Assembly: GCA_902776275.1 (NCBI GenBank)
Contig: CACYPI010000002.1
Coordinates: 5,750-69,749, forward strand
Reading direction: 5' to 3'
DNA: 64,000 bases
DNA from: an uncultured Aeromonadales bacterium
GTDB taxonomy: Bacteria > Pseudomonadota > Gammaproteobacteria > Enterobacterales > Succinivibrionaceae
Position numbers and translations under genes: made by a program. This document shows positions 9,401-17,325 of this stretch, piece by piece (position 1 is the stretch's first letter; every line of letters starts with the position of its first letter). The notes beneath the pieces were generated by a model that was given only the letters and a program-made list of their open reading frames with translations, was not told where the DNA came from and made no database searches.

Positions 9401-11716
9401 GAGGCAGCAAGCGGATCAACTAAAGAGGCTCAACCTCAGAGTGACGACGCCGCAGGCGATGTCAACCCAGATGTGGATGATAGTGCCGCAGAGGCTGCGC
9501 CTGTGAAGGATGCCGAGGCTGAAACACAGGAGAAATCATCCGAGGTGTCCCAAGGCAGCGCCGAGGATAAGGCCCGCGCTGAGTTCGAGGCTTTCGCATC
9601 CAAGGCCGCATCCGCCGATGAAGCGGATCAAGGGGCGATAGCGCAGGATGGGAATGAGCCTGAAGCCACGCTGGATGATCTGAATGCAACGGGTGGGGCA
9701 TCTGATGCCAAGGCTGAGGCAGCAGATGAGCCTGAGCCTGAAGCGGCAGCGCAGGCGGGTTCTGATGCAGGCGAAGATGGAGCGTCTGCTGAAGAGGTTC
9801 CGCCTGCTGAGGAAGCGCAACAAGATGCCATCACCGATGATGGCGTGGAAGCCTCAAATGCTGAGCCTTCTGAGGATGCCCAGGAAGGCGCTGATGACGC
9901 GGATGCGCGCTTGCAGGATGCCAAGGAGCCGGATCTCAATTCCGATGAGTCAATTGGCGCTGCCGATGAGGCGGCGCAGGGGCAGCAGGAGCCTGAGTCC
10001 CAGTCTTCTGAGGCTGCAGCAGAGTTTGCCAAGGCCTTCGCCGAGGCGGCGGCTGCGGAAAGCCCTAAGAGCGCTGACGAGGCTTCGGAGCCTTCAGGCG
10101 CGGATGATCGGACTGAGATGGAAGATGAGCCAAAGGAGCCTGAGGCATCAGGCGATGCCGCACAGGAAGAAGCCGATGATGCCGCATCAGATGAGCGTGC
10201 TCCTGAGGCTGTGCCTGAAGAGGCTGCAACTGAAGCTGAAATCGAGCAGGCTGAAGCATCTGCAGATGGGAACAACGCCCCTGAGGCTCCAGCCTCCGAG
10301 GAGAGCGCAGCTGATGCTCAGGCAGAACATGGCGCGGCCGCGGCGCAAGATGCCAAGGCTGGCTCCGCTGCAGGCGGCAACATCGACACCGTGGTGGACG
10401 ATGACATCGACCTTGAGCAGTTGCTAAGCCCGGTTGCGGATCAAGGCGCAGGCGAGACGGAGCCCCAAGCTGCTGACGTGGAAGAGGCTCCAGCCTCTGA
10501 TGCAGCGCCTGAGGATCTTGCCGCTGAGGAGGCTTCGTCCGATGCCCTCGATCCTGTGGCTCCTTCTGATGAGGTAATTGCTCCTGAGGAGAGCGCAGCC
10601 TCTGATGATGAGGCGGCGCCTTTCGAGGATGCCGCTCCTGAAGCCGATGAAGTTGCTGCGCCTGGGCAGGATCAACCTGACGCGGATGCATCAGCCAGCT
10701 TTGGGGAAGAGGGCGCCTTTTCAGGCGATTCCGGAGAGCCCTTGGCAGAGGCATCGGATGCACAAGCAACCGTTGCCGATGAAGCCCCGGCCGAGGCTCC
10801 GGCAGGCGCTGGAGTTGCCGAGGATGCTGCTGAGGGCGCTCAAGCTGACGCAGATGATGCAGCGCTTCCGTCTGATGAGAGTTCAGAGGCTGGCGCAGAA
10901 AATGCCGCAAGCGCCGAGGCTGCGGATGCCGCTGAAGATGCAGCTCAAGATCCCTCTGCCAAAGATGCGCAAGAGCCAGTTGACGGAGTGGAAGCCCAGG
11001 CTTCTGCTGACGAGACGCCCGTCGCGGGTGATGCTGAAGCGCCGCAGGATGAGCCTGGCGAGAGCCAGGCTCCGGCCGAGGCCGTCGATGATCCTGACGG
11101 GCAGCCTGATCTCAAGGCTTTTGACTGGAAGGTGCCTGATGACGAAGGCTTCGACGTGACCGACGGGCATGGCAAGGACGTTCCGGAGCAGCCTGGGGGC
11201 GCGGATGCGGCCCAGGGCTTGAGCGCTGATGCTGCATCAGGCGGCGACGAGCAGTCGATCCTGAACATGCTGGGCGGCGACGCCCCTGCAGCTGGGTCCG
11301 TGGTGCCTGATCGGGAGTCTGCAGGCGCCGGGCTTTCCGACAGCGATCTCATGCGCATGGTCGACGCTCCTGAAAGCGAGATCCCGGCCGAGGGTTCGGT
11401 CGAGGCTGATCTGGCGCAGCACGGCGGCAAGAAAGAGGACGCGGCCAAAGGAGCCCAGGCGACCGAGGCGGCTTCGGACACCTGGAGCGGCGAGATGAAG
11501 TCCGCCCCTGCCAAGGAGGAGCCCAAGGTTGAGTACGACGGGCTCACCCCCAAGGAGCACCAGTACCTGAGCGATTCCTTGAACCTCGCCAGGCTCTACT
11601 TCGAGACCGGCGACACCGATGAGGCCATGAAGATAGTCAACGACATCAAGAAGCGCGGCAGCGCCGATCTCAAGGCCCAGGCGGAGGCGCTGCTTGGCGA
11701 GTACCCCGTGGCCTGA
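6455..11716 (+). CDS. fimV: FimV-like peptidoglycan-binding polar scaffold protein (giant, 1753 aa)
   Basis: It has a signal peptide (MRALKTTLLAGALAFSLASAAA), a LysM-like segment (VRVGPGESLWQVATRLLP...FQIAASIYRNNPQAF...GALKIPP), a coiled coil, one TM helix (LILIIAGIGLLTLMLLMLFVFF), a cytoplasmic region of more than 1200 aa that is extremely acidic, and a FimV-type C-terminal TPR-like motif (LNLARLYFETGDTDEAMKIVNDI). Confidence 0.85.
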   Translation: MRALKTTLLAGALAFSLASAAADDGTFTINIQGPDSPTYQDSGSSQAEEQHPQRIQEAPLPSYQRGQQTRRNRARSVARQTAQALSQAPARTRAAVPAEVQQPQAPQQSQPQSQTQGQAQGQAQNQSGASDQGGSRMPSSVRVGPGESLWQVATRLLPADRSVNEFQIAASIYRNNPQAFNDGNAGSIRQGALKIPPVSEIAREDPKVGSDLLARGNIAMPPLGPAKAAPAQQSQGGGVIARSEQNPTFTATETANRQFQEERKARREKLEAQDAAAQAVAANPKGASEADKALAEGKDGNAQSSAQPQNPDDSKVQSGGDASEQAKIDAGTLKQMLDGSRDAMNIKSKEIDKKLVEAIDRMQKSNESTLTAANSAVSGIAKQYDSTIASLQQNITELKGQVSKLTRDNDRMRDMLLATDDKLQSLQAQIANGSAVPGDAASYQRSLILIIAGIGLLTLMLLMLFVFFKVKSRQRGRTIESDISDEDTDKEPSEEDKLLSDTISPAEASALDAAAQADQQDDHAGSQGAEGQQPQQADGQAQSEAQAAHEQAAAPQGGAAAPEAQEAAAPAAKDEAQKAWDAAAAEKGSGEKEKDPDKDAMVQWAAAMAQQNAEQEKTADVGGSSGSDDGADAWAAAMAEQKAGEQGGEQKGSDDGADAWAAAMAEQKAGEQGGEQKGSDDGADAWAAAMAEQKAGEQGGEPPKGSDDGADAWAAAMAEQKAGEQGAEADQSSADPSAVPGAKDGMAAWAEAMAAHQPQKDAPTGEEQAMAQSMANGGSASPKAEAPAGSEQSGAAGAGDPAADPAPDAQAGADSDEDFFEKFAEQAAGANGAGKDAAKSVVPEAGADEPAANESAEPADSGASEPKDDGKAAEDADFEDFEAFASKAVDGGAAQDQGAAQSDEAEEASSKPDEAAPVGDEPQGDAQGEAPAEPDAGKSAEEQAKADFEAFAQSATEDAGQSQDAAPDAAEVQELETPAEPSEAASGSTKEAQPQSDDAAGDVNPDVDDSAAEAAPVKDAEAETQEKSSEVSQGSAEDKARAEFEAFASKAASADEADQGAIAQDGNEPEATLDDLNATGGASDAKAEAADEPEPEAAAQAGSDAGEDGASAEEVPPAEEAQQDAITDDGVEASNAEPSEDAQEGADDADARLQDAKEPDLNSDESIGAADEAAQGQQEPESQSSEAAAEFAKAFAEAAAAESPKSADEASEPSGADDRTEMEDEPKEPEASGDAAQEEADDAASDERAPEAVPEEAATEAEIEQAEASADGNNAPEAPASEESAADAQAEHGAAAAQDAKAGSAAGGNIDTVVDDDIDLEQLLSPVADQGAGETEPQAADVEEAPASDAAPEDLAAEEASSDALDPVAPSDEVIAPEESAASDDEAAPFEDAAPEADEVAAPGQDQPDADASASFGEEGAFSGDSGEPLAEASDAQATVADEAPAEAPAGAGVAEDAAEGAQADADDAALPSDESSEAGAENAASAEAADAAEDAAQDPSAKDAQEPVDGVEAQASADETPVAGDAEAPQDEPGESQAPAEAVDDPDGQPDLKAFDWKVPDDEGFDVTDGHGKDVPEQPGGADAAQGLSADAASGGDEQSILNMLGGDAPAAGSVVPDRESAGAGLSDSDLMRMVDAPESEIPAEGSVEADLAQHGGKKEDAAKGAQATEAASDTWSGEMKSAPAKEEPKVEYDGLTPKEHQYLSDSLNLARLYFETGDTDEAMKIVNDIKKRGSADLKAQAEALLGEYPVA
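8333..8647 (+). repeat. In-frame tandem repeat, 4 units of 78-81 bp, inside fimV
   Basis: Units start at 8333, 8411, 8489 and 8570. Each encodes SDDGADAWAAAMAEQKAGEQGGEQKG or a near-identical variant. Degenerate WAAAMA-type copies flank the array. Confidence 0.9.
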
Positions 11717-12365
11717 GCGCTGCTGCGGCCTTGACGGGTCGTTCTGCGCCACATCAGATGAGTTCCCCGGGATCAAAGGGAGCTCCCAGTCGCTGTCGGC
11801 GCTCTCTGATCTCAGGGCCGCGGCGCTTGCAGACGGCTTTGATCTCAAGGCCTGCTCGGGGTGGCGGTCCTTTGAGCGCCAGGCTGCCATAGTGACAGCC
11901 AAGCTCGAGGGGACCCGCCCGATCCTGGATGCGAGCGAGCATCCCGTGGACACTAGCGGCATGGCGCTTCCAAAGAGGCTTGAGGCGGCGCTGCGCTTCT
12001 CGGCGCTCCCGGGCTTTTCCCGCCACCACTTCGGCACCGACTATGACATCTACGCGGCAAACCTCATCCCCAGGGGAGGGAGGCTCGAGCTCACCTGCCG
12101 CGAGTATGACGAGGGCATGTACTTCCACAGCTTCGGGATCTGGCTTTCAACCCACTTGGAGCAGTTCGGCTTCGCCCGCCCATTCAGCGGTCGCGGCGGG
12201 ATCTCGCGCGAGCCCTGGCACATCTCATACCTCCCGGAGGCCGAGCAGTGCCTCGCCGCCTTCTCGCTTGAGCGCGCGCTCCGCGCCTTAAATGAAAGCG
12301 GCCTCTACTGGGCAGGGCAGGCGCGCGCCTTTGCAAGATCCCGCTTCCCCGCGCTCTTCTCTTGA
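11694..12365 (+). CDS. Peptidase M15 family (VanY/LdcB-like D,D- or L,D-carboxypeptidase)
   Basis: It carries the SRHHFGTDYD (SxHxxGxAxD-like) and REPWHISY (EPWH) zinc-ligand motifs. The only usable in-frame start is TTG at 11694, preceded by GGAGG at 11683-11687. This overlaps the fimV 3' end by 23 nt. Confidence 0.7.
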   Translation: MASTPWPERCCGLDGSFCATSDEFPGIKGSSQSLSALSDLRAAALADGFDLKACSGWRSFERQAAIVTAKLEGTRPILDASEHPVDTSGMALPKRLEAALRFSALPGFSRHHFGTDYDIYAANLIPRGGRLELTCREYDEGMYFHSFGIWLSTHLEQFGFARPFSGRGGISREPWHISYLPEAEQCLAAFSLERALRALNESGLYWAGQARAFARSRFPALFS

Positions 12366-12488
12366 AGCCCCCAGGGCGATTTTCTCATCTGATATCAAAT
12401 CGCAGCATCGGCCAATGCCGTTTGGCGCTGCCTTACAATCCCCTCACAGACGATAACAACAACGGAAACAACAACGGAGGACAAGCCA

Positions 12489-13424
12489 ATGTCGGACAAG
12501 GTTGAAAAAGTCGTGATCATCGGTTCAGGACCTGCAGGATGCACTGCGGCCATCTACGCCTCGAGGGCCGGGCTCGAGCCGGTGCTCGTGACCGGAAGCG
12601 ATCAGGGCGGGCAGCTCACCACCACCCCGGAGATCGCCAACTGGCCAGGCGAATCCGGCACTCCCTCGGGCTTTGAGCTCATGGACAAGATGCAAAAGCA
12701 CGCCAAGTCGCTGGGCACGCGCTTTGTAAGCTCCGAGGTCAAGTCCTGCTCGCTGCGCGGCCAGGTCAAGGAGCTGACGCTCGCCTCAGGCGAGGTCCTA
12801 AAGGCCAGCGCGGTCATCATCGCCACCGGCGCCAAGCCGCGCTACCTTGGACTTGAGAGCGAGACGCACTACAAGGGGCACGGCGTCTCGGCCTGCGCCA
12901 CCTGCGACGGCTTCTTCTACCGCGGCAAGGACGTGGCGGTGGTAGGCGGCGGCAGCGCGGCATTCACTGAGGCGCTCTTCCTTTGCAACATCTGCCGCAA
13001 GGTCTACCTCGTGCACCGCCGCGACGGCTTCCGCGCCGAGAAGGCCCTCGTCGACAAGATGCGCGCGGCTGCCGCCTCGGGCAAGGCCGAGCTGGTGCTG
13101 GGCGCCGTGGTCTCCGAGGTCGAAGGCGACGGCAATGCGGTAAGCGGGATCAAGGTCGCGCTGAACGACGGCTCGACGCGCGAGATCCCCGTAAGCGGCG
13201 TCTTCATGGCCATAGGCCACGTGCCGGCCACTGCGGTGTTCAAGGGCGAGGTCGAGACCGACGCCGAGGGCTACATCACCACCGGCCACGGCTTTGAGAC
13301 CGCGACCTCGGCCGAGGGCGTGTTCGCCGCAGGCGACTGCGCCGATCGCATCTACCGCCAGGCCATCACCTCGGCAGGCCAGGGCTGCAAGGCCGCGCTG
13401 GATGCCGAGCGCTACCTGGCATGA
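12489..13424 (+). CDS. trxB: Thioredoxin-disulfide reductase
   Basis: 311 aa with GSGPAG FAD motif, redox CATCDG, and the second GGGSAA NADPH motif. Confidence 0.95.
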   Translation: MSDKVEKVVIIGSGPAGCTAAIYASRAGLEPVLVTGSDQGGQLTTTPEIANWPGESGTPSGFELMDKMQKHAKSLGTRFVSSEVKSCSLRGQVKELTLASGEVLKASAVIIATGAKPRYLGLESETHYKGHGVSACATCDGFFYRGKDVAVVGGGSAAFTEALFLCNICRKVYLVHRRDGFRAEKALVDKMRAAAASGKAELVLGAVVSEVEGDGNAVSGIKVALNDGSTREIPVSGVFMAIGHVPATAVFKGEVETDAEGYITTGHGFETATSAEGVFAAGDCADRIYRQAITSAGQGCKAALDAERYLA

Positions 13425-13488
13425 GGCAGGCTCTGGCGCCGTTTTGACGGCTCTAGGGTAGAATGGGCGCCGGACTTATCCATCGGAG

Positions 13489-13878
13489 ATGAAAATGGCA
13501 AAGAAACAGGCGCCCGGCTTAAAGCGCATCGTCAAGGCCGGCTACTACAGCATGAAGGGCTTCAAGGCCGGCCTTGCAAACGAGGCTGCCATCAGGCAGG
13601 AGATGGCCCTGGCGGTCATCCTGACCGTGGCGGCATTCTTCGTGGCAGACGGCCTGGTGCCGCTCATCCTCCTCATCTCCTTCCCCTGGCTCACCGTGGT
13701 CGTCGAGCTTCTGAACTCCGCAGTCGAGGCGGTTGTGGACCGCATCGGCACCGAGTGGAACGAGCTCTCAGGCCGCGCCAAGGACCTGGGCTCCGCCGCG
13801 GTCTTTGTGATGCTCGCCTTGAACGTCCTCGTGTGGGGCGGCTTCCTCCTGAAGTTCTTCGGCGCCATCTCGTTCTGA
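13489..13878 (+). CDS. dgkA: Diacylglycerol kinase
   Basis: 129 aa, three TM helices, and a conserved N-terminal amphipathic segment (RIVKAGYYSMKGFKAGLANEAAIRQE). Confidence 0.9.
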   Translation: MKMAKKQAPGLKRIVKAGYYSMKGFKAGLANEAAIRQEMALAVILTVAAFFVADGLVPLILLISFPWLTVVVELLNSAVEAVVDRIGTEWNELSGRAKDLGSAAVFVMLALNVLVWGGFLLKFFGAISF

Positions 13879-14420
13879 TGCGCGATCCCTCGTACTGGAT
13901 GGGCCTTGCCCTGGCGCAGGCCCGCCATGCCATCGACTTGGGCGAGATCCCTGTTGGCGCCGTGGTCGTGGACGAGGAGCGCGACGCCATCGTCGGGGCG
14001 GGATGCAACATGACGCTCACGACCCACGATCCTTCGGCGCACGCCGAGATGGTGGCGCTAAGGCGCACCGGGCAGGCCCTTGAGAACTACCGCCTCCCCG
14101 GGCTATCGATGTTCGTGACGCTCGAGCCCTGCCCGATGTGCGCCGGGCTCGTCATCCACGCGAGGCTGCGTCGCCTGGTCTACGGCGCCCCCGATCCGCG
14201 CACCGGGGCCTGCGGCAGCGTCTTCCCGCTCATCTCCGATCCGCGCCACAACCACCATGTCGAGGTTGAAGGCGGGGTGCTTCAGGACGAGTGCTCCGAG
14301 ATCCTGAAGTCGTTCTTCAGGAGGCGGCGGGCGCAGATGAAGGCGCTCGGGGCCAGGCGGATCGCGCAGGCGCTCTCGCCATTTGAAAGCATCAGGCGCA
14401 ATGGCGGTTCCGAGCCATGA
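13878..14420 (+). CDS. tadA: tRNA-specific adenosine deaminase
   Basis: Deaminase motifs HAEM and PCPMCAG. The start ATG overlaps the dgkA stop (TGATG). The upstream part of the 221-aa ORF is an out-of-gene read-through. Confidence 0.9.
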   Translation: MRDPSYWMGLALAQARHAIDLGEIPVGAVVVDEERDAIVGAGCNMTLTTHDPSAHAEMVALRRTGQALENYRLPGLSMFVTLEPCPMCAGLVIHARLRRLVYGAPDPRTGACGSVFPLISDPRHNHHVEVEGGVLQDECSEILKSFFRRRRAQMKALGARRIAQALSPFESIRRNGGSEP

Positions 14421-14473
14421 TCCCCTTGAATTGCAACGGCTGATGTCGGATCATGTGATCTTGTCATCAAGGC

Positions 14474-14505
14474 GGTGCGCATGAGGCGGTGGCCTCATGC
14501 GCACC
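14474..14505 (+). other. Perfect 14-bp stem-loop downstream of tadA
   Basis: GGTGCGCATGAGGC-GGTG-GCCTCATGCGCACC with no U-tract. It could be a terminator without a tail or a REP-like element. Confidence 0.5.
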
Positions 14506-14632
14506 TGCCGCACGCCGCGGACAAATGCGATAATGAGCAAGTCCAGAATGGCGGAAGGGGCGCAAGAGCCCGGCCTTGAAAGCAGGCCCGGAGCTTCGGC
14601 CATCAAGCGGAAAACACAATGAGGAGCTGACT

Positions 14633-15919
14633 GTGAAAAGCCGCAACAGCGTTCGAGCGGAGATCAACAACATTTACCGCGCCAGGGTCTTCAACTGGAT
14701 CAACGAGCACGTCAAGGACAACCACGAGATCCAGGGGTTCCCGTTCCGCATCTACCTCGGAGCGCCCACCTTGGACGAGGAAGTGGAGTCCCAGAAGGAT
14801 GCCTTCATCGCGTTCTGCGATGACTGGCACAAGGAGCTTGCCGCAGGCCACGTCGACTTCCTCGAGAAGGAGTACAAGGGCATCGGCAAGGTCGATGTCC
14901 CAGTGCACCTGGTGTTCGACAGCCCCGACGAGATAGTGACTTGGGCAGGCCATCTCGTCGAGTACCACACTGCGTTAAAGCGCCTGGACGTGATCTCCGA
15001 GAAGCTCCCGCAGCTTCTGGACAGCGCCATCGACAACATCAACACGCTGACCACGCTCGACGACGTGGATTTCGACCGCTTCGTCGACGTGTGCCGCTGG
15101 ATCCTGACCCACCGCAACAGCGGCAGCCTGATCCGCGAGATGAGGATCCGCGGCGTCGACACCACCTGGTTCGAGGGCCACCGCGGCCTCCTCCTGGTGT
15201 TCCTGCGCCCTTACCTCAAGCTCGATCCGCTGCGCAAGGATCTTCTGCAACTGGGCTTGGTGCCGCCGCCTGCGCTGGTGCGCATCGTGATCCTCGACCA
15301 CGTGCTGCGCGAGAAGGTCGGCAACCTCCGCTACCTGGCCATCCCGGTCAAGGAGCTCGGCGAGCTCGACGTCAAGCCTTCGCGCGTGATCTTCATGGAG
15401 GACGTCGCCTCGGCGCTTTCGCTGCCGGACGTCCCGGGCACCATCGTCGTGATCACCCCCTCGCACTCGCTGTCGGCGCTGTGTAAGACCACCTGGGTGG
15501 CCAACGCCCGCTGCGAGTTCTCAGGCTCCATCGATCTGAGATCGTTCGTGATGCTCAACAACGTCAGGGTCTACCTGCCTGAGACCACTTCGTTCCTCAT
15601 GGACACCTCTACCTTCCTCAACAACAAGGATCTGTGGACCCATGACGACGTCTCCGCTCAGGATCTGGTGACCCCGACCGCGCTGACCCCCGAGGAGTCC
15701 TCGATGTACACCATGCTCTCCTCCGGGATCTTCGGACTCAAGGTGCGCATCGCCCAGGAGCGCATCCCCTATGAGATGCTCTGCGCGGCCATAGGCGCCA
15801 AGGTGCCAGCTGACGAGCAGCCCCGGGACGACGAGGCAGGCTCCGACGGCGTGAAGTCGGTGCAGGCTGACGTGGTGTCGGCCGAGGACATCTCGGATCT
15901 CATCCAGAAGTCGCACTGA
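14633..15919 (+). CDS. JetD-like protein (DUF3322 + DUF2220/Toprim-like), orphan
   Basis: GTG start preceded by GAGGAG. The C-terminal half aligns by eye to the Wadjet JetD pattern: VIFMEDVASAL (ENxxxF), EFSGSIDLRSFVMLNNVR (YWGDxDxHGFxILxxLR), SFLMDTSTFL, DLW, LTPEE and VRIAQERIPY (RLEQERI). Confidence 0.6.
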   Translation: MKSRNSVRAEINNIYRARVFNWINEHVKDNHEIQGFPFRIYLGAPTLDEEVESQKDAFIAFCDDWHKELAAGHVDFLEKEYKGIGKVDVPVHLVFDSPDEIVTWAGHLVEYHTALKRLDVISEKLPQLLDSAIDNINTLTTLDDVDFDRFVDVCRWILTHRNSGSLIREMRIRGVDTTWFEGHRGLLLVFLRPYLKLDPLRKDLLQLGLVPPPALVRIVILDHVLREKVGNLRYLAIPVKELGELDVKPSRVIFMEDVASALSLPDVPGTIVVITPSHSLSALCKTTWVANARCEFSGSIDLRSFVMLNNVRVYLPETTSFLMDTSTFLNNKDLWTHDDVSAQDLVTPTALTPEESSMYTMLSSGIFGLKVRIAQERIPYEMLCAAIGAKVPADEQPRDDEAGSDGVKSVQADVVSAEDISDLIQKSH

Positions 15920-15940
15920 GAGCGCTCAGCCTTGAAGGCG

Positions 15941-15966
15941 GGAGGGCCGGCGGATGCCGGCCCTCC
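15941..15966 (+). terminator. Stem-loop terminator after the JetD-like gene
   Basis: GGAGGGCCGGC-GGAT-GCCGGCCCTCC, a perfect 11-bp stem, followed by GTGTTCTTG. Confidence 0.5.
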
Positions 15967-15998
15967 GTGTTCTTGCGCAAGAAAGCAGGGCGGGAAAG

Positions 15999-16025
15999 GC
16001 AGGGCCGGCATCAAGCCGGCCCTGC
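15999..16025 (-). terminator. Stem-loop terminator after the convergent hypothetical gene
   Basis: GCAGGGCCGGC-ATCAA-GCCGGCCCTGC, an 11-bp stem. It shares the GGGCCGGC core with the neighbouring hairpin. Confidence 0.5.
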
Positions 16026-16050
16026 TGCATCACGAGTTTTGGGGCGCCTT

Positions 16051-16812
16051 TTAAGCGAAGGCGCAGATCTCGGCGAGCCTGCCATTTCGCGAGGGTTCAG
16101 CCTGCTCATCCTGATCGTCACGCGCCTCCCTGCTCATGCGCCTGCGGCTCAACGTGACGCTCTTGAGGCCGCACAGGCGGGTTGAGAGCTCGTCGTAGGC
16201 GGAGTAGGCAAGCGGCAGGTAGCCTGGAAGCAGCTTTGCCGCCACCGGCATCGCCAGGGCGTTCTGATCGCCCCTGCAGATGCAATGATCCAGGAAGGCG
16301 GGCATGATGCGCTGCCGGATGTCCTCGTTGCAGCTGCGGCACACCGAGAGCCCGAAAAAGCTCAGCTTGCCGCAGCTTGAGCGGAAGATCTGGCGGTTGT
16401 CGGCCACGAGCTCCTCGCTCATGACGCTGCCTGCGGTGAGCGAGATCTCGTAGCGGGCGCGGTGGGCTTGCATGGAGTTCAGTCGGTCGACGATGCGCAT
16501 GTCGATGGAGAAGACGGTGTCGCGCATTCCCATCTCGTTGTAGAGCTGGAGATTGGGGGCGATGTCCAGCGAGGACACGCGCTCGCCTGAAAGCAGCCTG
16601 GAGATGCACGAGCAGGAGAGATAGAAGGCGCGTTTCAGGTGCAGGGGCTGGGCCTTCATGGCACCGAGGGTGAGCCTGCCTTCTGCGGCGTCCTCGTTTG
16701 CCGAAGCCCTGATCGATTGATCGTTCACAGGGGAGATCCGGCTGCGTTCCGTGAAGATCACGGTCAGATCCTTGAGCGTCCTGTGGTTCTTTACTCCGAT
16801 TGAATACAGCAT
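16051..16812 (-). CDS. Hypothetical Cys-rich protein (253 aa), no family recognised
   Basis: Start MLYSIGVKNHRTLKDL, preceded by GGAGAGAAGG. Cys clusters: CSC, C-x10-C-x2-C, and C-x-C. The first codons use GC-poor third positions, unlike neighbouring genes. Confidence 0.5.
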   Translation of the reverse strand: MLYSIGVKNHRTLKDLTVIFTERSRISPVNDQSIRASANEDAAEGRLTLGAMKAQPLHLKRAFYLSCSCISRLLSGERVSSLDIAPNLQLYNEMGMRDTVFSIDMRIVDRLNSMQAHRARYEISLTAGSVMSEELVADNRQIFRSSCGKLSFFGLSVCRSCNEDIRQRIMPAFLDHCICRGDQNALAMPVAAKLLPGYLPLAYSAYDELSTRLCGLKSVTLSRRRMSREARDDQDEQAEPSRNGRLAEICAFA

Positions 16813-17229
16813 CGGTGCCGGCCTTCTCTCCATCCGCCGCCGGGTCGGAAGGCTCCGCCCGGCAGGCTCTTGTTGCATTGTCGCCCGCGGCCCTCTAGGC
16901 GGGGCTTTTGGGAAGGAGGAGGGCGGAACCGTTTACGATGAAAGTTTCTTTCATTCGCCTTGAAGTCCCACGGTCTTGTACAGTCCGTTAGACGGAAATG
17001 CCGCTCAACCTCGTGGAGCAAGTATAGCAGGAACTTGCATACAGGTATTTGCATGCCGCGCTGTCATGGCATGCATCGGTTAATATAGTGCAGTCAATTT
17101 TGCGTCGTCGATTGTTTGCGCCTTTGCGCACAAAGAGCATTTGCGTCGAATTTTCCACGGATATCCCAGAGCAAGGATGATCACGTCCTTAACAAGATCT
17201 TTGCACGATTTTTGACTGCACTTTGTTGC

Positions 17230-17245
17230 CTTTTGGTGCACCAAA
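17230..17245. repeat. 16-bp perfect palindrome TTTTGGTGCACCAAAA
   Basis: Read directly from the sequence. It lies in a 540-bp intergenic region upstream of the 16051-16812 gene. Confidence 0.9.
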
Positions 17246-17325
17246 ATAGAGAGGAATGTCAGATTGGAGAAAAATTATCGGAAAAATTCGATCCAAGACG
17301 CTGGATGGAGTGGCGTGAAAGCCCG

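Noticed and set aside
16740-16812. The N-terminus MLYSIGVKNHRTLKDLTVIF read as an SMC/RecF/AAA_15 ATPase
   Set aside because: No Walker A (GxxxxGK[ST]) follows, and there is no Walker B or signature motif anywhere in the 253 aa. The resemblance is limited to one strand.
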